Source: Candidatus Saccharimonadota bacterium (lineage in GTDB: Bacteria; Patescibacteriota; Gracilibacteria; Absconditabacterales; Absconditicoccaceae). From it: a stretch of 32,000 bases of DNA. The stretch spans positions 630,001 through 662,000 of the forward strand of contig CP006913.1 in the NCBI GenBank assembly GCA_000503875.1, read 5' to 3'. The position numbers and the translations under genes were made by a program. Of this stretch, positions 8,901 to 20,900 are shown one piece after another. How positions within the stretch are numbered: position 1 is the stretch's first letter; every line of letters begins with the position of its first letter. The notes beneath the pieces were generated by a model. It searched no databases. It was not told the origin of the DNA and was given only the letters and a program-made list of their open reading frames with translations.

Positions 8901-11900
8901 ATTTATGATACTGTTGCTCCTACTGTCACATTAACAAGCTCTGTTTGAACTTATTTCTCTTGATCTAGTTTTATCGTGACTGGTACATTTAGTGAAGCTA
9001 CTTCTAATTTTGTTGTCGGTGATGTTTCTGCTACCAATTGATCTATCAGTAATTTTACAGCGGTAAGTTCTACCGTTTATAGATGGACGATCACTCCTTC
9101 ATGACAAGGCACGGTAAGCTCTTTTGTCGCTGCATGAGTTGCTACTGATACTGCTTGAAATAATAATACAGCTTCCAATACTATTTCTACCACATATGAT
9201 AGTATTTCGCCTTCCCAGCCACCAACATGTACCACTAGTCAGTATTTTTCTAGTTTATTAAGTGTTTTTTGTTCAGCTTCAGAATGAACAATTAAATATA
9301 CTACAAACGGTACAGATCCAACTTGTTCTTCTAGCACACGATTAAATCAATCGTTTTCTCCTACTACTACATTAAGAGTTTGAGCTTGTGATACTGCAGG
9401 TAATATTAGTTCGATAAATAGTTATGTATATAACAAAGATAGCACAGCACCTAGTGGTACCTATAATTTAAACCCAAGTACAGCTACAAATGGAAATGTA
9501 ATAATTACATTTAATCCAACAGATAATTCTGGAGTAGCTAGTGTCCAATTACCAAATAGTACAATAATAACTTGAGGAGTATTACCAACATTGATAAATC
9601 CAAATTCATGGGTATTATGAACAAATTGATCACAATGATCTTTTGGAATATGTTGAACAGCTACAGAAAATACTATAATTTCAAAATCAAATCCACGATG
9701 AATTGCTGATAAAGTTTGGGCATCAGAAATAAATGATCCAGAAAGCAATTCTGATTGATGATGGGATAATTTATCAATTCCTATTGATAAAACAAAGAAA
9801 TATCGTGCTGTTGTTTGGATAAGAAGAGAAAATGTTGGTGATGGAAGAACATATTTTGGAACACAATATAGTCATGTTGCAAATTTAAGTGACGGAAGTC
9901 AGAATGATAATCCTTATTTTTGATATCCAGTAGTAAGTGATATACCTGAAATAAAAGATAACTGGTTATTGTTTGTAGCATATATTCATCCATACGCATA
10001 TGCCGGCGCATCTTCAGACCCTACATCTTGAATATATACTCTCGATGGAAGAAAATTATCCTATTGATTAACAGATTTTAAACGAACATCTACAGCTACT
10101 TTATGATGACAGAGAACATATTTATATTATTCTACTTCAACAACTGAAAGACAATATCGATATAGACCAAGATTTGAAGTTGTTGATGGTACAGAACCAA
10201 CAATAGATCAACTATTAAAAGGTAGTGAGAAAGCTAATTCCCTTACATATACAGTAAGTACAAATGGAACCTATAATTTTATAGTTAAAGATCGAGCAAA
10301 CAATAGTGCTACGATAGGAGCTAATGTTGCCAATATAGACAAAACTGCTCCTACTATAGCTCAAATAACTGCTGTTCCAACACCTAGTAATGATACAACA
10401 CCAAGTTATACATTCTCTTCAAATGAAGCTTGAACAATAACTTATTGAGGGAATTGTTCTTCTGCTACTACTTCAGCAATCAACGGCAATACTACAGTTA
10501 CATTCAATACTTTAGCAGCTTGAACATATAGTAATTGTACTATCAGAGTAACTGATGCTGTTTGAAATCAAAGCAATATAATAACAGTCAATACTTTCGT
10601 TATTGATACTGTTGCTCCTATAACAAACATCAATTCTCCAGATGAATGAGTTTGGCAAGGCAGTTATACTATGTTGGAACTTACTGATCATGATGAGGCT
10701 GGATTTTTACAAGCATGTTATTATACGGTTTGGAATGACCAAAGTTTAGAAATATACAATGAAGAAAGATATTGTAGCGATGGTTGAACAACCAATGAAA
10801 TCGAATTAGATTGAATTTGTACAGAGACACAATGAGCATGTACTGTAGAAGCATGGGCAGTAGATGTAGCTGGTAATGTATGAACACATGCAATAAGAAA
10901 TTTTTATGTTGACACAACAGCCCCTACATATACCTGGAATAGTCCAACAGCATGATGACGATATAAAAGTGGATCTATAATACCTATAGATATAACTACA
11001 ACAGATCGATGAGTAGGAATAACAAATTGAACAACATGTTATGTATCTATAGATTATAGTAATTCCTCTTTTACCCCAACTACATTAACATATAATAGTA
11101 CAACACAAAAATGTACAGGAAATATTACATTAAAAAATACATTAACTAATGGCTCTCATAATCTTTCTATAGTTGTATATGATAGTTTAAACAATTGAGC
11201 TTATGCACCCAACAGGACAATAAATATTGATAATACAGCACCTAACTTTATTTTTGCAAATGTTTCGTGATCAGAATGTACTGCTTGATCTTTGTCTATT
11301 ACTAATATTAATGATTGAACTGGTGTTTGATTACATGCTACTCCTTATAGTTTCAATAACAGCACATGGTCTACTACAACAAGTACAGGAATTGCTGCTA
11401 GCCAAGCAAATGTAGTTGTTGTTAGAACCTGACGAGTGAGAGATACCTTATTAAATTCTTCTTCTAAAACTGCTACCTATACTTTCAATAATAGGGTACC
11501 CACTGCTTCCAATTTCACAGGACATGCCTCTGTTTGAAACATTGCGAGAACTGTTAGTTGGAAGACATTATCTTCAGTCAATGAATGAACGTGTTGAAAT
11601 ACAGACATTACTTATAGTGGTATCGTTACTCAATGAACGAAGGGAATATGTTCTATAGTCGGAGATAATATCACCTATACACCAAATACCAATCAAATTG
11701 GTATAGATTCTTGTACTATCCAAGTCAAAGATAACGAAAATTCTACAGTAAATATAATAGTTTGACGAGAAGGAATAGATACGGATGGTCCAACAGCAGC
11801 ACCATCATGTACACTTAGCCAATATTTTTCATGAACTATAGCAGTTACTTGTACCGTATGAGCTGGTGGTACACAAATCAGATATTCAACTAATTGAGTA

Positions 11901-14900
11901 GATCCTAGTTCTACTGGTACTATTTGGTCTAATCAATCATTTTCTTCTAATACAACTCTCAAAGCAATATCTTGTGATGCATTAAACAATTGTTATCTTA
12001 ATACTGTTGAAACAGAAATTTATACTCTAGACAATCTTGCACCTATTTCTTCTATATCTGACACAAATAGCAACTGGAGAAATACAGATCTCACATTTAC
12101 AACAACAGGTACCGATGCTTGAGTAAAATGAGTATCACTTTTTTATAAAATACTTTCTGGAGATCTAACGTGTAGCGCATGATGATTTACAAGTTATACC
12201 TACCCTACTGCTATATCAGTTACAGGAACAACATCACAAGCATTGTTAAGAACAGTTTGTTTTTATAGTACAGACTCATTGGGAAATACAGAAACTATAA
12301 ATAAACAATTATATAAAATAGATATGTCTAATCCTGCAATAACTGCTCCTGTAATATATTGAGGAACATATTTTGGTACATATTTTAAATGAGCAATCGA
12401 TTTGAGATCATCTATATCAGATATCTGAGCAGGAATATTAGCTTCAAGTTGTATGAGAAGTATCAATGCTGCTGCTTTTACAAATGTATGAGTAACTCAG
12501 GACGCTTCTTATTGTATATATAACACGTACAATCCTGCAGCAAGTTTCAATATCAAGTTATTGGTAAAAGATCAAGCAAACAATACAGGAACAAGCTTAC
12601 AAAGTGATTTCATCTATGATACTACAGCACCTACTATATGATTACCAGCTATCTATGCAGGCACAACACATACAACGTATTATAAAGGTACTATTAGTAT
12701 CCAATCTACAGCAACTGATGCTTGATCAAACATTAACAGCAGCACATGTGAATACTCAATTAATAATGGAACATCATGGTTAGCTGGAACATATGCTTGA
12801 TGATATTGTCAGATAGCAAATATTAGTCCAGCAACAAATCTCCAAATACTTATGAGAGCAAGAGATAATCTAGGGACAACAGGAACATCTTCTCTCAAAA
12901 CATATACCTATGATGCCACTGCTCCTATAACTACTAATAATGCAACAAGTTCTCGAACAAATACAGATCAAACAATAACATTAAGTCCTACTGATGCTTG
13001 AGCTGGTGTAGCTAACACCTATTATTGTATCACTACTTCTTGATGAAATTGTACATCTAATATACTATGAACTTCTATACTAGTTACTGGTAATGTAAAT
13101 GAAATAACAAGCAAACAGATAAAATACTACTCTACGGACAATCTCAATACTGACGAAACAATCAAAACTTCTGTAGTTATCAATATAGATAAACAATGAC
13201 CAAATATAGAACTTTTATCACCAACAAGCTGAAGTTCTTTTGAAGAATGAGACACAATACCATTAATATGGTCAGGAAACGATGAAACAGGAATATGAAT
13301 ATCAGGATATAAATATGAAATATATAATTCAATCAGTTCTTTAGTAGCAAGCGGAACAACCACAAATACATGAATAACACTTTCTTGATTTACTGAAAAT
13401 TCTTATACACGAAAAATTATTGCATATGATCTATTAAACAATACATCAGAATCAGAAACTTGATCTTTTATTATAGAATCATCAATTTTTGTAACCATTC
13501 CAAATACAACAGACACGGGAATAATTATTGATGCATTTACCAATAAAGAGTATATAGAAACTATAGACTGACTTTTTTGATATAAACCATTAAATTTTAG
13601 AAATACCAATACGGTATGTCCACAAATACCTATATTTTTTCAATCAACTTGAGATATAGAATGAAATAATATAAATATAGAATTTCCATGATGTTTTTCT
13701 GTAAAAACTATAGCATGAGATTTCTCATGAATCATTGAAACACCAACAATAGAAACAGAAATAACAGCATTTAGTTTAATAAATAATACCAAAGATAATA
13801 TCGTTTCCGTAGGAACATCGTGAGAACAAATATTTTTTGTAGATAACACAGAAGATCCTCTAAATGTAAAAGTTCGTATACCAACTCCATCAAAAGAAAT
13901 ATGAACAACTATGGAAATACATTCATCACAAGATGGACAACAACGAGAATATTTTGGAACAGGAATTGTTTCTTTACGAAGCGGAGAAAAATACACCATA
14001 TTTGAAACAAATCATTTCACCTATTTCACTATAGGTACTACAACATGAAATTTTGTAATTAACAATGACGAAACAAGTACTCTATCAAGAAATGTAACAT
14101 TACAAATGAACGTAAGTTGAGCTACTCACATGAAATTTTGACATTCTACAGGAGAAGCAGAATCAGCTTCTTGGATAGGATATAGTTGAACATATCAACG
14201 AGAACTTACAGAGTTAGCATGAACAAAAACAGTATATGCAATGTTTACTGATGGAATAGATACATGATATGTAAGTGACGATATCTTATTAGATACTACA
14301 CCACCTACAGGTATATTCAGTATAAATTCTGGAGATATTTTCACAAATTCTACAGGAGTTACACTCGTCAGTACAAATATATCATGAGCAAATTTTATGA
14401 GATTTGCTAATTATTGATATAGCTTTGATGATTGGTGGAATTTTGCTAACTATACATGATGGTATATTACTCCTTGAGATAATATAAAAACAATCAGTTG
14501 AGAATTTAAAAATAATGCAGGAGATCTCTTTTCTATATCTGATTCTATTATATTAGATACACAAGCTCCTGAAAGTTCTCTTTTTTCATGGGCTAAAAAA
14601 GCTGGTAATAGTAGTTATGAATATTGAAAATGAATAGCCACAGATAGTGGTGGTAATTCTTATATAGTCTGACTTTTCGACCGACAAGCATCTTTTTGAT
14701 CTATTAATTTAGTTAGTTTTTGAAGTGCAGATGCTTTTATTGCCAAAATATCTTCTACAGGACAGTTTCTTCGAGCTAAAAATGCTGGTGGTACCAGTTC
14801 TGATAATTGATATTGAGTATCAATAGATAGTAGTGGTAATTCTTACATTGTCTGAAATTTTCAATGAACTTGATATTTTTGATCTATTCAATTAGTTAGT

Positions 14901-17900
14901 AGTTGATCTAATTCTAATGTTTTTGTTGCCAAAGTATCTTCTACAGGACAATATATTCGAGCTCAAAATGCAGAGGGTTCTTTTTATTGATATTGAATAT
15001 CCACAGATAGTGGTGGTAATTCTTATATCATCTGAAATTTTGAATGAACGTGATATTTCTGATCTATTCAGTTAGTGAGTACTTGATATAATGATATATT
15101 TGTTGCTAAAATATCCTCTACGGGACAATGGTTATGGGCTCAAAGTGCTGGTGGAAATGATAATGATTCTTGACAATGAATAGCCACAGATAGTGATGGT
15201 AATTCTTATATCATTTGATCTTGTGCAAGAACGGTATATTTCTGATCTATTCCATTATTTAATAGTCCACGAAGTACAGATGCAGTTATTGCCAAAATAT
15301 CTTCTACAGGGCAATGGTTATGGGCTCAAAAAGCTGGTGGGACTAGTTTTGATAATTGACAATGAATAACTATAGATAGTGGTGGTAATTCTTATATCGT
15401 CTGAGATTTTGGTTGAACGTGATATTTCTGATCTACTATGTTAGTAAGTACTTGAAATTCTGATATATTTATTGCCAAATTATCTTCTACATGAGAATAT
15501 CTCCGAGCTCAAAATGCAGGAGGTACTGATAATGATCGTTGACAATGAGTATCAATAGATAGTGGTGGTAATTCTTATATCGTCTGAGATTTTGGTTGAA
15601 CGTGATATTTCTGATCTACTATATTAGTAAGTACTTGAAATTCTGATATATTTATTGTCAAATTATCTTCTACATGAGAATATCTCCGAGCTCAAAATGC
15701 AGGGGGTACTGATTATGATGTTTGATTTTGAATATCCAATGATAGTAATTGAAATATCTACGCTGTTTGAATTTTATATTGAACTTCATATTTTTGACCT
15801 ACTATATTAATTAGTTCTTGAAGTTCTGATATCTTTGTCGCCAAAATATGATCTTCTGATACCAAAGCTATATTTAGCATAAACAACGATGCAGCATCTA
15901 CTACATGAACAGCTGTAACTTTAAATATAACTTGTCCTACAGATCAACGATCTCCTATACAAATTGCTTACTGAGATACTTCTACTCCAACTAATCGAAC
16001 GACATGTACTTCATCAATAAATTATACATTACCTATCTCTAGTGGAACAGGAACAGTCTACGCTAGATTTAAAGATGGTGGAGATAATATCACAACAACT
16101 TATTCTGATGACATTACTCTTATTGATACTGAAGGACCTAGTCAATCAAACATTTATTTACCACAAAACAACAGCAATATATTTCTTGGAAACAATAGCA
16201 TCAAATGGAATACGTCATTTGATACAGTTACGGGGTTAAGTGGATATATTCTCCAAATAAGCAACGATAGTTTTTCTTCAATACAAAAGGAAATTTCAAC
16301 AATATATACTGACTACACAGAAAATTTCACAACAACAGGAACATATCAATTAAGAATTCTGTCTATTGATAATGCTGGTAATACAACAACAGGAAACAGC
16401 ATACAAATCAACGTTCAAGATAATATCATTGAATATTATTTTGGTAGTGGTAGTAAATTCACAGAAAATTGGCAATCAAATAATTGTAATACAGGAGACA
16501 TAAGTATTGTATACGTATATAATTATTCTGGATATGGATATTTTCCATATACTAATTTGTGATCAAATAAAATATATATTCTCCAAGAAGGCGCTCATAT
16601 TGCAAACAATCAAATCACATTCAATGGTAATTGTATCGCATTAGTTTGAGAAAATCCTTATCAAGGAGAACAAAAAACAACACTATATACAAATAGCCAA
16701 TTAACAAATGCTATTTACGCCTATCAAAAAAACAATATTATTATCGACAATATTCAATTAGATGGAGCAAAAAATGGTTTATGAGGGACACATACAGCCA
16801 ATAATAATTGAATCAATCGAAATCAAACAACATCAACTACAATAAACAACTTTTCAGTATTTTCATTCTGAACGTATGGAATATATTACAATTGAAATAA
16901 TTATTGAGCAATAAATACAATTAATATTTACAAAAATTGATACGGAATATATTTAAATTCATCTACTAATAATCAAATAGAAAATATACAAGTATTTAAC
17001 AATACTTTTGGTATGCGATTAAATTATTCAAATATAAATACTTATAATAATAGTAAAATTTTTAATAATACAAGTTATTGAATTTATTTATGAGCGAGTT
17101 CATATAATATATTTAATAATAGTATTTTCCAAAACAATAATGTTTGATTATCTGCAAATGAATGATGAACTACATATCTTTTTAATTCTAATATTAGCCA
17201 AAACACAACAAAAGGAATTGAAATAAACAATGCTTATGTAATAACAATGGATACAAGCATAATTTGAAATCAAGACAAAGATATATTTAAAGATGCTAGA
17301 GGCTGAATATTAAAATATTATGGATATCTAAAAACAAACACTATCGAGAATAATACATTAATAATTTGAGGGAATGATCTATCATGAATAGGTATATCTT
17401 CAGGACATATTATTTATGATGATAGTAACTCTTATAACGACAAAATTAACATAAAAAATCAATCATGAATATATTTATATAATTGGTTAAATCCCGTTTA
17501 TTGACGTAATACTAATCGAGAATTTTTATCTTGAACGCTTTCTTTTGGAAAAAATATACCAACAAAAGAACAACCAATAAAACGGTCAGGAACAAATTTA
17601 GTAAGATATACCTCTCAATTTACTGATACGACAACAAACGAATTTATTTCTTCAAAAGTCAAAAAAACAGAAATAACATCTTCTATAGACAAACAAATAA
17701 CAACTTGAGATAATCAAAGGATATTTACTATTAGTTGAGATAACATTTTTTATACAATTACATGAAATATTTCTCAAGAAACATGATGATATATTTCAAC
17801 AACTCAAAATATTCCATTAGTACTCTTTTGATGAGAAGAGAAAAAAAGAATAATAACACAGACTGAAAAGAATTGAACAAATTGAATGACTCATTATGAA

Positions 17901-20900
17901 ACTATTTCAATTGTTGATATAACACCACCAACAACACCACAAAATGTATTTATAAAAAATATAACAGCAACAACTGGTATTGTAATAGAGCGAAGCCCTA
18001 GTATAGATAGTTGAGCAGGAATAAGCTGATATTTATATCAAATAAGTACTGCTTCAGACTTTTCTACAATACAACAATACGGAACAACACAACAAACAAC
18101 AATAACAGTAGAATGACTACAAGAAACAACCCAATATTATGTGAGAGTAAAAGCAATAGATAAAGTAAATTATGAATCAGATTGGAATGATAGCCTTTCT
18201 TTTATAATAAGCGAAGAAATTGAAAATTTAGTGACAGATTTCTACTTCGGATCTGGCAATGTATTTACAACAACATGGAATTCTCAATGTGATCCAGAAC
18301 AAATACAAGTAATAAAAGTTCCTAATTATCAAAATTTGGGAAATAATATATTTCCTTATACTACATTAAATACAAATACTATATATTTATTAGAAGAAGG
18401 TATTCATATATTAGGAAATAGTATAACATTTAACGGAGAATGTAGCGCACTTGTAGGAAAAGGAACAAAAGATAATATATTAGGAAAAGTTGAACTATAC
18501 AGTAATGCTACATTAGCAAATATGATAGTGATAAATTGAAACAAAAGAATTATAGATAATATAATAATTGATTGAATAAACAATGGCGTATGATGAACCC
18601 ATAGTTACAACAGCTACTGAATAATATGATCTTCTGTTACAAACAATAGTATATTCAATATTTCATTAAAAAACATCTATTCAGCAAACCTTCAATTAGT
18701 CAACAGTACAAACAACAAAATAAAAAACGTAAATATTTCTAATATTTGAAATAGTGTTTATGGAATACAAGCAAATAATGCTGATGGAAATATTCTTGAA
18801 CACATTAATGTATACAATAATACATATAATTGAATCGTTTTAGAGAATTGATCAAACAACAATATACTAAATAATGTAAATATTTTTAATAATAATAATG
18901 TTGTTTCAAATTGATTATATTGAATAGTAATAACAACAAGTTCTTCTTATAACGCAATAAATAATTGTCAGATATATAACAATGGAAATTTCGGTATACG
19001 ATTATGAAGTGACTATAATACAGTAAACAATTGTGTGATAAACAACAATGAACAATATGGTATTGTAGTGACAAGTAATTATAACATATTAAGTGATATT
19101 ATTTCATTAAACAATGTGGGAGCTGATATTTTTACAAATAACTCAACTACAAAGATTTACAATACTATTGAAGCACAAAAAACTGATACAAAAAATTTCT
19201 TAATATGAGGTGATGAACTTGCTAATATATTATTATTCACAGGAAAAATAGATATAAAAACAAATAAAAATATTTCTTGGAATAAAATGATAAATGTCAT
19301 AAATTTAGATAGTAACAGATATTTATCTCCCCGAATAAATATATTTCGTTGACGCAATAGCACACGAACAACGACAGGAAACAATATTGAGTTTTCTTTA
19401 GGGCAAGATATATTATTACAAAAACCTGTAGTATATTATTCATGAACAACATTACAAATACACACTTGATCAGAAATAGTAGAATGGGAATCAACTAAAT
19501 TTGTAGGTACAAAAGTCACAAAAACTAATGTTAATATAAATATAGATGAAATATTTTCATCAACAGCAGATAATGACAGGACAATAACTATTCAATATCC
19601 ATGAGTAATAAATTATTTTATCACTGGAGACATTACTCAAGCATATAATTGAACCTTCAGCAATGAAACGGGTATTAATATAACACTTTCATGAAATACA
19701 GAATGAATAAGAAATATTATCATACAAACACGAATAACATCATGAGAAAAAAATCATACCCACATAAAAACATATATAGATGAAACAGTTCCTACAAAAC
19801 CAACAACATGAAATATTTCCCGAATATCATCAGACAATGATAATATAGAATTCTTTTGGAATAAAGGATATGATAGTGGAAGTGAAATATCTGGGTATTA
19901 TTATGAAATAGCTTCAGAAAATTCTTTTTCTCTATTACTTAAAACCGGATTTACTGAATATAATACAATTCAAATACTATGAGTTTCTTGACAAACAGAA
20001 TTATTTGCAAGAATAAAAACTATAGATACAACAAACAAAGAATCTGATTGGTTAATAATATGAGGAAATATTAATTCTATCAAAGATCAAAATAAAACTA
20101 TTATTTCAAAATACCTATCTCCTCAAAATTATTATACAAAAAATCGAAATAGTTTTTGATGTACAAATACAGGACAAACAAAAATATTTATACTACAACC
20201 GGAAGTAAACAAGGATTTTTTCTTTGGACATGTAAATGAAAATAGTATATATTTACTAAAGGAATGAGTTTATAATATCAATGATAGTATTTCTTTCGAA
20301 GAATGATGTACTGTATTAGCAAAAGAAGAAACTTCAAATAAAGTAAAAATACTTAGTGCAAGAAGGTTACCAAGTCTTATTTCATTAATAATAACGAATA
20401 ACAATATCATTGAAAATATAATACTAAATGGTGAAATGGATAAAAGTTCAACGATTCATGCAAGAAACAATGCAAACATTTACACTATAGGAGCTAACAA
20501 TAACTCATTATACGGATTAGAGATGTTATGATGAACAAATGGTATTTATCTTTATTCAACATCTAGTTACAATTCTTTAGAAAATATATTATGTTATAAG
20601 AATACGTATTGTGCCTATATCTATTGATGAGGAAACTATAATATATTCAATAATGTTATAATGCATAATAATTACCATTGAATACACGTACGTTGACCTT
20701 GATATAATACATTCAATAATATGTTAAGTTTTAACAACGATAGTTGAATGTGATTCAGTTCATCTCACAATAGAAATGTAATATCTAATTCAATATTTGC
20801 TAATAACAGTGCATATTGAATATCTTCAACAGATGGTGCATTAAATACTTTTGATATTTTATCAAATGTAAGTTTCATAAATAATTGAAATATGGATATA

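Noticed and set aside
13127-13999. Three same-frame antisense ORFs (13640..13999, 13403..13609, 13127..13363). Under code 25 the first two fuse into a minus-strand ORF of about 200 codons inside the giant gene.
   Set aside because: The products are low-complexity and Ile/Ser/Val/Phe-rich, with no recognisable motif, no RBS or promoter, and a genuine TAA at 13403-13405. Open antisense frames are expected opposite strongly biased AT-rich codons. The sense strand carries clear domain signatures here. The same reasoning applies to the other antisense track ORFs (9461.., 9781.., 10681.., 12263.., 18886.., 19157.., 19297.., 22344..).
15375-15713. The near-identical 156-nt pair could be a diversity-generating retroelement template/variable repeat pair.
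   Set aside because: The three mismatches are G/A, C/T and A/G, not adenine-specific. Both copies are coding blades of the same propeller. No reverse transcriptase gene is present in the window.
14589-15860. The regular ~180-nt periodic repeats looked superficially like a repeat array, either CRISPR-like or satellite.
   Set aside because: The period of 180-183 nt is far longer than a CRISPR repeat-spacer unit. The whole unit, not a short core, is conserved. The region is in frame within the giant CDS and encodes canonical SBBP propeller blades.
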